From: Azolla caroliniana
Lineage: Eukaryota; Plantae; Polypodiophyta
Direction of reading: 5' to 3'
NCBI GenBank assembly: GCA_043228905.1
Contig: JBHGNT010000018.1
Location: 5,022,001 to 5,086,000, forward strand
DNA: 64,000 nucleotides
The notes under the pieces are model-generated. The model made no database searches and was not told the DNA's origin. It saw nothing but the letters and a program-made list of their open reading frames with translations. This document shows positions 25,507 to 37,100 of the stretch, one piece after another. Position 1 is the stretch's first letter; every line of letters starts with the position of its first letter. The position numbers and the translations under genes were made by a program.

Positions 25507-26825
25507 ACGTGTACAACAACTCGAAGCAACTATTGTATCATTACAACAACAAGGATCAAGCACTCAAGGGATTCACAAAGAACCCAAGATCGGTCTTCCT
25601 GCAAAATTTGATGGGACTTGATCATAGTTTAGAGGTTTTTTGAATCAGGTATGTTTAGTGATACAAATGCATCCTTCTTGATATCCCACTGATGCATCAC
25701 GAGTGGGACTAGTAGGCACTCTCCTTAGTGGCTCAGCGTTAGCATGGTTCGCTCCATTGTTGGAAAAGGGAGATCTCCATTACTAAATAATTTTGAAGAG
25801 TTTATAAGTGAGTTTAAGGCCTATTTTGGAGATACTGATAGCATAAGGACTGCAATCAACAAAATCCGGCGATTACGCCAAGGTGACCGTCCAGCCTCCG
25901 CATACGCTGCAGATTTCCGCCTACTCGTTGCCGATATCCCTTGGGATGATCAAGCATTGATGGAGCAATTTCGTTATGGTTTACGCAACGATGTCAAGGA
26001 TTTACTCTTGACCTTCCCCGAAGAGCCAAAGTCATTAACAGAAGCAATCAGTCGCGTGGTGAGATGCGACAACCACCCCTTTGAACGACATTTAGAACGA
26101 CAATTCCAGATGTTGAGGGAAAGATCAGAGCCCATCTACGCCTCAGCCATTTTATGCTTATACGGGTTGTCACCCTTGGTGGTGTGTATTTGAAACCCTA
26201 GAGCTGTCCACAAATCCTTGCACAGAGGATCGTTTAGAGCGGTTATGCAAGATACAAGCCGATTTATCTACTCATCTCCAGCAAGCTCAACAAACACACA
26301 AGGTTTACGCGGGTCATCATCGACTTCCATCTTGTTTTAACATTGGAGATCGGGTATGGCTACTACGACAACACATCAAGACTACTCGCCCATGCGAGAA
26401 GTTGGATTATCGGCGATTAGGTGCTTTTCGTATTATAGGAAAGATTAATGACGTCGCTTTTCGTCTCGATCTACCTCCGCAACTTCGGATACATCCGGTG
26501 TTTCATAGTTCTCTCCTCAAACCCTATCAAGAGAGCACCATCCCAGGACGTATTACATAACCTCCACCCCCGATCGAGCTTGAAGATGGACCAGAGTACG
26601 AGGTTGCCTCCATCCTTGATTCCAAGATTGTTCGCAACAAGCTCTACTATCTAGTTGATTGGCTAGGATATAGTCCCAACGAGCGTACTTGGGAACCGAT
26701 AGAGGATGTGACCAATGCTCGTGCTCTTCTTGAATATTTCCATCGTCAATATCCAGACAAACCGGGTCCTCAATCCAAAACGACTTGTGACACTCGTCGT
26801 TTTAAAGGGGGGATAGTATCATGAT

Positions 26826-26888
26826 ATGACAAGACTCGAACCCAGGACCTTATGCTACATGGGTCGAGCTCTTACCATTAGACTATGT
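26826..26888 (-). promoter_or_regulatory. tRNA-like A-box/B-box cassette in T3 LTR (antisense)
   Basis: Minus strand TAGTCTAATGGTAAG...AGGTCCTGGGTTCGAGTC. Confidence 0.65.
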
Positions 26889-27109
26889 ATTGTAATATAA
26901 AAAATATTATTTTTAATTTAAGTTTTATTATAGGAAATTGATGTATATTCTAGAGTTCTCTGGAACATTCTAGAAACTTCAGGAGTACTCCTGAGAACTC
27001 TATAAAAGGAGGCACAAGGCATTATTTCGAACCAAATCGGTTCAACGCTAGTCTTAAGCCTCCTAGCTACTATTGTATACTCTTGTCACATAATATATAT
27101 CTTATATCA

Positions 27110-27112
<3 letters not shown>

Positions 27113-27163
<51 letters not shown>
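27113..27163. repeat. (CT)n microsatellite within the T3 LTR
   Basis: About 25 CT units visible. Confidence 0.9.
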
Positions 27164-27168
<5 letters not shown>

Positions 27169-27254
27169 TTCTCTCAAGAGTTCTACACCTCTCTTAGTAC
27201 TAATCCACATCTTTTAGTACTAATTCCTTCTCTATCTTAGTACTGATCCTGACA

Positions 27255-28533
27255 TGAACCATTTCGACCCCGATGCATGTGGTGCGATAGTCTTGAACAT
27301 CGTCTACGTGATTGTGAAGAATATAAAGACATGGAAAATCGAGACTTGGTGTATTGGAAAAATGGTAACATTTATTTAACTGAAACTAGAAGTCCACTTA
27401 CAAAGAAATTTGGTGATGGTGGTGTTAAGGTTAAATTTGAAGAATCTGAAGCAAAGAAGGCTTCCGCAATGTACTACTCAGCAACGGCAAGAATGCGCCT
27501 CGATGACATGCCATCCCGATCATCATTCTGGGAGAAGGTTGTAAGTACCGCACAAAAGCAAAAAATGAAGATGGAAAACCTTTGTGTTGTCGGAGATTCT
27601 GTAAGGAAAAACAATGGATGGGATGTTCTGGTAGATGCTATAACGGTCTATGCTCACATGGTAGAACACGAAGAGCATGAGGTGATAGTGGAAGAGAAAA
27701 GGAAAAGGCCGGATGATGAGATTGGCTCAACAAAAAAGCATGAGACAAGAGAAAGCAAAAGAAAAGAGATGGACGCAAAAGTCGAAAAAGGTAAATCTAG
27801 TCCTTCATTCAAATTAATGTCTGATATTGAAAAAGATACAGATTTAACAAAAGTTTTAGAAACAAGAATACTAGATAGTCGAGTAGAATTTACACTAAGA
27901 GAAGTGTTAGGTATTGCAAAAAAGGAATTTCATGATGAGATAATTGATATTGTGCGAAGAAAGAAGCAAATTAGTGAGCAGGTTAAAGAGACAAATCCGA
28001 AGGTAGCATATAAAGTGGTGAGCAACGAGTCAAACAATATCGTTGTTGACTCTCAACATGCATCGACCTCAATGATAAGTTCAACAAATGCAAGAAGCCA
28101 CTATTGTCACAAATGTTGGGCAAGAGCCACTACTAAGCATCATGTGAAGATTGGAAATGTTCCAAACCCGGTGATGGCACTTATTGATCATGGTTCTGAA
28201 ATAAATATAATGAGTGCTGATTTTTACAGGAAAGGTAGATGGCCAATTGATACTCAACATGGTTGGCGAGTAAAAGCAGCCACATCAGTCACCGAAGATT
28301 TATTTGGTGCATGCCCAAATGTAAAGGTTACCATTGGTGATATAGAGGTAGATCAACATTTCTTTGTGCAGGAAGGATCTACCTATCCAATAATCTTGGG
28401 GCAACCATACATCACAGCAGTACAGATGGAGACCAAAGTCCTTGACAATGGTTCTACCTATGCAAAAATCCGTAGCCAAGATGGACGATGAAATGTACAG
28501 TTTATGATAGTTCGCCCAAATCATGAGAGGAAC
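27255..28533 (+). pseudogene. AT-rich relative of family A: gag C-terminus and aspartic protease fragment
   Basis: CMWCDSLEHRLRDC knuckle, ILDSRVEFTLREVLGIAKKEFHD, ALIDHGSEIN, YPIILGQPY; homologous to A4 ORFs 42168-42884. Confidence 0.88.
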
Positions 28534-31500
28534 TGTACAATTTATGATAGTACCACCAAAATGCCCAGCTGTATATGAATCATGAAAATTTTGGACTACT
28601 CGAAGGCGACAAGAACCATCAAGAACATACAAGAGCTTCCTAAAGAATAGTAATCCATCATGACATTCGAATTGTCGATAATCGGTACCTGGTTGTTGTG
28701 ACTATGAACAAGATGTCCGAGAGGGATCAATTTGTGCTAGAATGGCTTGAGCGAAAACATTTGTCTTCAAGTCCTCACGTATGGTATCAATAATGTGGGA
28801 ATCCAACGACATATCGAAAACCCGCGTTGCTTGTAGCCGTGCCGGTCCTAGGATTACTTGCTTTTGTTTATTGAATGTTGGCTCACCGAGACGCGGTGCT
28901 AGATACGAGCGCCGCAATAACGCATCTGCCTTCCCTTGCTACTTCCCAGGACGATATGTAATTTTGAAGTCAAAACGAGTGAGGAATTGGGCTCACCGAG
29001 CTTGACGTCAATTTAATACACAAGCATTCTGGAAGTAGGCAAGATTTTCGTGATCACTGAATACGGTGACTTGATGAGAAGATCCCTCTAGAAAATGCCA
29101 CCATTGCGTAAAAAAGTCCACTATTGCTAATAGCTCTTTATCGTGAATTTCATAGTTGATTTCAGCGGCATCAAACTTGCATGAGTGGAAAGCCACAAGA
29201 TGTAGCTTTTCATCATCGCCTTGTTGTGAAAGAATGCTACCCAAGGCGAAATCTGACGCGTCTGCCTCAATGATGAAAGGTTTTGTTGGATCAACATGAG
29301 CTAGAATAGGAGTTTATGTGAATGCCTTCTTAAGACTCTCAAAAGCCATGTTCGTTTCTTTAGACCAAACAAATGACTGCCCCTTCTTGGTAAGCTGTGT
29401 GAGAGGCAGAATAAGCACCATGTTCTCGAAGCCGTTTTAGCACTAATAGTACATGAGAATCATGCTCTTCTTGGGTCTTTGAATAAACCAGTAGATTATC
29501 CAAATAGATGATCAAACAAACATCCAAGAGATCTCAGAATAAATCATTTGCCATGTGTTGGAAGACTATTGGTGCATTCGTGAGACTGAATGGCATGACC
29601 ATATACTCGAAGTGCCCATATTTGGTGCAAAACGCGGTCTTCCATTCATCTCCTGGTTGGATCCGTACGAGGTTATATGCTCCTCGTAAGTCGATCTTTG
29701 TGAAGAACCTTGCACCATTGATCCGTTCTAAAAGACTGGAGATAAGGGGGAGTGCATACATATTCCTAATGGCGACCTTATTCAAGCCACGGTAATCTAC
29801 GACGAGACGAAGTGATCCATCCTTTTTCTTGACAAAGAAAATGGGTGAGCCGGCTAGAGATTTCGAATGTCGAATAAAACCGTTTTCCAAATTCTCCTCT
29901 ATATAGGCTCGAAGAACTTCTAGCTCAGTTGGTGACAAGTTGTAGATTGGGCCCCATGGTGGCTCTTTTCCCGGTTGTAAATCAATGGGGCAATTATACG
30001 GTCGTTGGTGAGGAAGAGTATTGGCTTGTACCTTATCGAACACATCGACATAATGATGATACTTCTCTAGAAGTTGAAATGTGGATTCCTCTTTAGTGGT
30101 GTCAGAACGTTTTACTGATACTACGAAGACAAACATTGCTTCCTTGTGTCCTTCCTCACACAATTGATGTAGCAAAATGGTTGCAATCCTATGAGTAGAT
30201 CCCCGGATTTCTCTTGTTCTCCAATCTATGTCTGGGTTATGTAATTCGAACCATGGTAACCCCAAGACAATTGGATGGTTTGGACTACTAATTATATTAA
30301 ATGATACTATGCACACCAAGTTATCTAGGACAACCTGAATCGGCTCTAACTCTTCTACGATTTTTCAGGTGTCGCGAAGTTTCGCGTTCGCGTGTAAGAA
30401 GAGGCGGGACCACGGGGGTCTTGGACCAAGGAGAGAGTGAGAGAGAAATGTACAGATACACAAAAATCCGATTACTATAATCAGTAGCTTACAACTTGAA
30501 CAGTTACAACCGGCAACCCAGTGATGGACCTGACACGGGGTCCTACTCACGCACACAGACGACAGCCACTCGACTCGAAGAAACAAAAAGGAGGGGGGGT
30601 GGGGGGGGAGACCCTGCTTCCCTAGTCCAATCGCTTTATTCCCTGTCCCTTTCGACAGAGATACGCACAAATCCCCTAATAAATGTGTACTACCTAGTAT
30701 TTACATCAGCCGACCTAATTATGAATTATGTACAAAATATCAATTCTCGTGTCCACCCATGTAAAAGCCGGTTCATGCCCCTTTTTCTCTGATTCTGCCT
30801 ACGGCCGGTTTTCTTCACGACATCCACCCCCACCAAACCGCGCATCCACCGACATGCGCCAGAGACGGTTAGATACCGAAGAAAACCGGCTTCACTCGTC
30901 GCTCTCCGATTCTTCGCCGGGCCCGAACCGATCGTCGTCGTCGCTCTCGCTCGTCGGCTCCCTGCTCGTCTTCGAACCGCTTCTTGAACGCTTTGATCTG
31001 TTTCCCGGCCACCGGTACCGCTAACCGTGTCCCGTCGAGTTCAGTGAGGTGGTACGTGCCGTTGTCGTTCACGCTCGTCACCGTGTAGGTCCCAAAGCAT
31101 CTCCTAGCGAACTTTCGCACCGCCTTGTGCTGATTGTCGAGGTTTTTGTCGTATACCAAGACCCAGTCGCCTTCCTCGACCTTCTTTGGTCGCAACCGGT
31201 GCGTCTGGTTGAACCGGGTCTTGTTCCGCTCCCTTGCCGCCCACAGCTTTTCCTTCGCCCGTTTCATGTCCTCCGGCCTCCACTCGAGTTGTCGAATCCG
31301 CGCCGCCAACAACTCCTCCCAACTCATCTTGTCCTTCCAATCTACCGCCGCCCACGAAGAAACCGTCCGTTCCACCGGCATGATCGGCTTCTGTCCATAC
31401 ATTAGCTCTACCGGCATAAACCCTGTCACCAAACTGTGCGTAATTCGGTCCGCCCATAATGCGTAAGGAAGGAGCCACGACCAATTCCCAACCTGCCCTC

Positions 31501-33746
31501 CGCATGCACGCACCAACGCCTTTATGATCGGCCCGTGCCCACGTTCTACCTTCCCGTTCGCCTCCGGATTTTACGTCATAGTGAGGGAGAGTTTGACCCC
31601 TAGCCGATCGAACAGCTCCTCAACTTCTTGCGCATCCAGCTCTCCCTGGTCCACCACGATCCTCCCAACGCACCCATACCGACACACTACCTCTTTGATC
31701 AAGAACCGGCATACCGCCGCGGTTGTCTTGTTCTGCAGTGCGCAGCCTTCCACCTGGTTCGTTAAGTCTTCCCGCGCAAGCACCAGGTATCACATTTGTC
31801 CTACTCCCATCGGCACTATCACCAAGTCCACCATCCACTTGAAATGGACCGTAGGCGGGTAGGTCAGGTGTAGCTCGTCCCGATGTCAAACTACGGAGTC
31901 CATTTGACAGCTTTCGCAAGTCGTTACGAACCGATGCACGTCCCGGTACAACCCCGGCCACTAGTACGTCTCCTTCAGCTTCTCGAATGTGGCCCACGTT
32001 CCGTGGTGCCCGGCCCAGGGACTCTCGTGAAATGCCGCCAGTAATTCCTCTTGTTCTTCTTTCTTTGCCACTACTCGGAGCGGGATGCCATTTCTTTTCT
32101 TTGGGTGCCTCCATATGCACCCGTCCCGTAGGAAGAATCGGTACGCCTTCTTCCGTACCCGGCTCGCCTCTTCTCTCATCCACGCTGCGTCCGGTGTCAT
32201 CGCCCATAAGAACCTCCCGATTTGGAGCCACTCCCCGTCGTACCTGCTTTCGTCGAATTCGTTAAACGCCGGAGTGTCCCCTTTCCTCGTCGTCACGTTA
32301 GCTGACCCGAAGAAGTCCTCGCCGACTTCTTTGTCATCCGAAACCATGTCGTCTTTGTCATTGAACCTCGCTCTCGAAAGCATGTCGGCCATGGCATTAT
32401 CCTTTCCGGAGTTTGTCGTATCTCCGGGTTCAGGGACTTAATGTACGTTATCCACTGAAGCATTGCTAGGTTTGGCGTCGCGCATCCAGAAACCATGCCG
32501 AGTATCGGCAGGCAGTCCGTCTCGATTGTTACCTTCGTCCCGATCAGGTAGTCCCTGTCAGCCTTGACTGCCAAAACGATACCCCATAGTTTGCGCTTGA
32601 CTTGGGCGTATCCTCGCTGCCGCTTGCTCAATACCTTCGCCCCGAACCGGATCAGGAACCGTGCGCCGTCCTCGTCCTCCTGGTTGATCACCCACCCGAT
32701 CCCGGTCGGGCTCGTGTCCACCATCACGTAGATGGGGACTCCCTTGCCGTAAACCGCTTTACGGAGAGTTGGCACTACCGTAAGCGCCTCCTTTAGTCTC
32801 TGGACCGACTCCGTGTGCTCCGTCCTCCACTCAAAGCTACGCCCCCTTTTCAATCATCCGTAGAGGGGTTCCGCGACATGTGCGTAGTGCGGGATCCAAA
32901 TGTGGTAGAACGAGCATGCACCCAAGAATCTGCGGACCTCCGTAACCGACCCGCAATCGTTCCTCATCACATAGATGGCCTCTACCTTTGCCGGAGACGG
33001 TTTCCTACCATAAGGCCCACACAGGTGTCCGACCACCAAGATCTCTGACTGCCCGAATGCCGATTTTTCTCCGGAGAAGGTGAGTCGTGCGCTTTTGAGC
33101 CTTTGCAGCACCTTCTCGCAGTCGTTGATGTGGTTCACGACGAACCTCCGGCATCCGTCTGGCCTGATAGTCTCATCCGCATCTTCCATCGGACACCCCT
33201 TTATCGGGATGTCGTCCAAGAATGGCATGGTGATGTCCGGGATGCAATCCCTCAGCACCTTGTTCATTGCGTTCACCATATGCGCCAATGAATTCGTCCC
33301 ACCTTGTGGTAGGGTACACATCCGTACTAGGCCGAGAGGAGTTCGCATCGTCGTGATATCCCTGCTCTCCACGGCTAGCTGGAACTGGTCATACCCCGAG
33401 TATAAGTCACCGACCGAATAGATCGACCTTCCAGCGAAGGCCTCCACGAACTCGTCTATGGTCGGTCTGATTCCTGCATTACGGATGGTCACCCTGTTGA
33501 CCGGTTGCAGGTCCTGAATGAAGCGCAACGTGCCGTTCTTCTTCAGCACCATAAACCATCGATTCGAATATGGGGCACTCGACGGTTCGAGGATGCACAT
33601 CTCCACCTTCTGCTTCAGAAGCTCCATCAACTTCGGGATGTGAGCTCTCGGCACCAGAATCGGTTTGAGATTCCACGGTACATGTGGTACCGTGAAGATC
33701 ACCATCGGTTTGACGATCATCGGGTCCATGCACCCGATCTCCTCCG

Positions 33747-34117
33747 TGTTGTATGTATGGCTGGACTAGCCGCAACACAGGTGTCTATCCGACACTTCTC
33801 CAAAGGGGTGGTAGGGATAGGATGTTAATACACGCGTATGATAATTATACTTAAGCACAGACGAAGACAAGATTAATCAGCATAAGCAAAACTATATTAA
33901 TTCTTCGCGCTTTCATTACAAAACATCGGATCCTTTTATAGGCATCCGGCCAGATTACAATCGGTGCTCGGTAGGCAACCGTTAACCGAAACCGAATCGG
34001 TTCGGATCCGGATCGGTTACAACTACCGGATCCGTCCCTCCTAATAATTCTATTCCTATTTCTATATTTATCCGATCCGACCTTGCTTTCCCATTTGCCT
34101 TCTCTGACCGGCCAACA
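33747..34117 (-). repeat. 3' LTR of O2
   Basis: TGTTG..CAACA; no differences seen from 41189-41559. Confidence 0.97.
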
Positions 34118-34167
34118 CATGGCACGCCCGTGGGAAAGTGCATTGCACTTCGAACCCACAGCCGGCT

Positions 34168-37100
34168 TCAGTCTTCCTCCAAATTATCAGGCAAACTCCG
34201 CTCCGAGGTTTCAAGTGTTGTTTTGCCTGTGCCGTCTCCGACGTCCGATTGGATTGGCTGCCTTTTCGCATCTTGCTGCTCCGACTCTGCTTGTACCGGT
34301 GGTACCGGTGTTTCTTCTGTATCCTGTCCGGGTCTGTCCTGCTCCACCTCCGTTCCGTTCCCGGTATCGCTCTCTCCGGTTTCCACTGGTTGTGTCCTTT
34401 CCTCCCCGGATTCGGTACTTCTCTGTCTCCACTCTGCATCATCCCCGGCATCAACCTGCTCTTGCTCCGGAAGTTCTTCCTCGGGTACATTGTTGGTTGG
34501 GTCCTCTTCAGCCGGTCGCTCGCCCTCACTAATGGAGATCGGCGTTGTGTGTCCCTCGGCTTCCTGTCGCAGTCGGTCCTTCTCGTACCCTTCCAATTCT
34601 AGTTGGGTTTCGAGCTGTCCGTCATCCAACCTCTCTACTAACCCTCGGATTTCCTTGAGATGTTCTTCTGCTAGAGCATAGAAATCCTCCGACAGTTCTT
34701 CCCGGATGTTGACGATACTTTCTTCGTCCATTTTATAGAACCCATCTCCGTTTTTCTTCCGATTTTCTGCATCAGCTCGGAGTATCTGCAGTTCAGCTGC
34801 CTGTTGTGCCCATTCCTTCCAGAGTTTCTCCGTGCTTTCATTTATGCTGGCCTGAGCTCGGGTACTCCAGCTTGACATGATGAACTTAATTCGGTCAACC
34901 CCTGCTTTAGCCTGTTCCGAAGCTGCTTGTTTTTCCTTCCTTATCCGTTTGATGATGTCGGCCATTAACTGAGCTTGAGCTTCAGAGTCGACTTTCTGCT
35001 TGTCACAGGTACTCCGCCATTTGTTGATTTCGAAAGTCAACTTCACTTTTTCCTCGTTCCGGCTCTTTGTCAGTTCCCCTACTTTCTGCCGAAGTACTTC
35101 CATCTCCTTTCTTTGTTCCGACGTCAAGGTCTTCTCCGCCGATACTTCCTCCCTTGCTTTGGACAATTCCAAGCGGTTTTCCTTGAGCTGCTCTTTCAGC
35201 TTCTCTATCTGTCGGTCGTACGTTGCTGCCTGATTCTTGATGTCCGACGTGGCCTGTTTATAATCCTTACATAGTCGGTCGAATTCCTCCGTCTTCTGTT
35301 TTAGGCGTCGGTTCGCCTGAGCTCGCAACTGATCATCCCGGTCCTTTTGTTGTCGGAGTTCCTCGTCGTTGTTACGCGTCGGTGTCGGTTCCTCGCCATT
35401 CGGGTTTTCCGGGTCTTGCTTGAAGGGGTTAGCTGGCATGTGCCCCTTATACGGTTTTAGGCGAAAACCATTTGCCCATTTGCCCACAACTTCTCCTGAC
35501 AACGTCCCGAGCTGGTAAGACCCATTGTACTCCTTTGTGATCCAGAATGGTCCGGTCCACCGAAATCGCAATTTCCCTGGCATGCTCCCCATCCTTGTCT
35601 GGAACAGTAATACCGGTTTCCCGATCTCGAATTCCTTTTCGTTACCGCGCCGGTGTCGGTCTACAAAGGCTTTCCTCCTCCTTTGCTCTAGTTCTAGCTG
35701 TAGCAGGCTGGCTATTCGATTTTCTTCCAGTTCTAACAGCATCTTCAGCCGGATTCGTTCGGATTCCTTCTCGCTTAACCGCTCCTTAACCTGTATTCTT
35801 AAGCTAGGAATTTGGAATTCTACTGGCATGACTGCTTCCAAGCCGAATGCCAGTCGGAACGGGGTCGTCCGGATGCTAGTCTTGTACGCCGTTCGGTACG
35901 CCCACAGCACGCTCTGCAACTTCGTGTCCCAGTCGGTCCGGTTCTCATTGACGATTTTTCTAAGGATGTTCTGTAGCGTTTTGTTTGTTGATTCCGCTAA
36001 TCCGTTGGCTTGAGGGTAGTAGGGAGTGCTTCGTTTGTGTACTACCGCATAGAATGATGTCAAACTTTCCACCACCTGCCCGAGGAAATGTCCTCCCTGG
36101 TCACTGATCAGCTCAATCGGGCATCCGTACCGACACCATATGCATTCATATAAAAATTTGGCCGTGGACGCCGCCGTGTTGTCCCGTAGTGCCTTTGCTT
36201 CTACCCATTTGGTGCAGTAGTCGGTAGCCACTATTATATACCGATTTCCGGTCCGCATTGCCGGTGGCTTAAAGGGGCCGACAAAGTCCAAGCCCCACTT
36301 TTGGAATGGTTCTAATGGCAAGACCGGGTGATGTGGCATCCGGGCCTGCTCCGTGGGTTGGCCCAGTCGTTGACACAGGTCGCATTCCCTGCTATACTTA
36401 ACGGCATCTCTCATGGTAGTCGGCCACCATAGTCCGCTCTGCCATATCTTCCGGGCTGTTGTTTCGCCGGCATAATGCCCGCCTGCAATTCCACAGTGGG
36501 CTTCCCTCAGGATCAGATCCTTTTCATCGCTCCGCACTGCTCGCCTCCATACGCCATCTGCCCCCTTGTGATAGAGGGTGTCTCCTACCAAGCAGAAATG
36601 TCTGCTCCGTACTGCCATCCTCTTCCGTTCGTCTCGGTCCAAGTTTTCCGGGGGAACTCCGGTGCTCAGGAACTGATGCATTTCGGTTAACCATTTGTCT
36701 TCGTCCGCTACTGTGGTCTCCGTTACCGGTGCCGTCGTGACCTTAAACAGCTCGGCGTCGGGAAATTCATCCTGTACGCCGTCCCCTGATTCTCCGGATT
36801 CTAGTCTGCTCAGGTAGTCTGCTACCGCATGCTGCACCCCGGGTCGGTGGAAAATGTCGAATTCGAATTCCTGTAATAGCAGCGTCCACCGTGCGAGTTT
36901 TCCTGTCAGGGCTGCCTTTGAGACTAGGTAGAGTAGTGCCGAGTGGTCAACGTGGAAGGAGAACTTTCGTCCGAGCAGATAGTGCCTGAACTTTGTGACG
37001 CTGTACACCATTCCTAATGCCTCTCGTTCCGTTGTAGAGTAGTTCTGTTCGGCTTTCGAGAGTTTCCTGCTTGCGTAGTACACCGGCCGATACCATTTCG

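Larger units (their letters stand above)
25507..27254 (+). mobile_element. Chromovirus T3, internally deleted (gag joined to integrase tail and chromodomain at ~26145), with 3' LTR 26817-27254
   Basis: gag HKEPKIGLPAKFDG..., chromodomain, PPT, and LTR ending CCTGACA. Confidence 0.88.
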
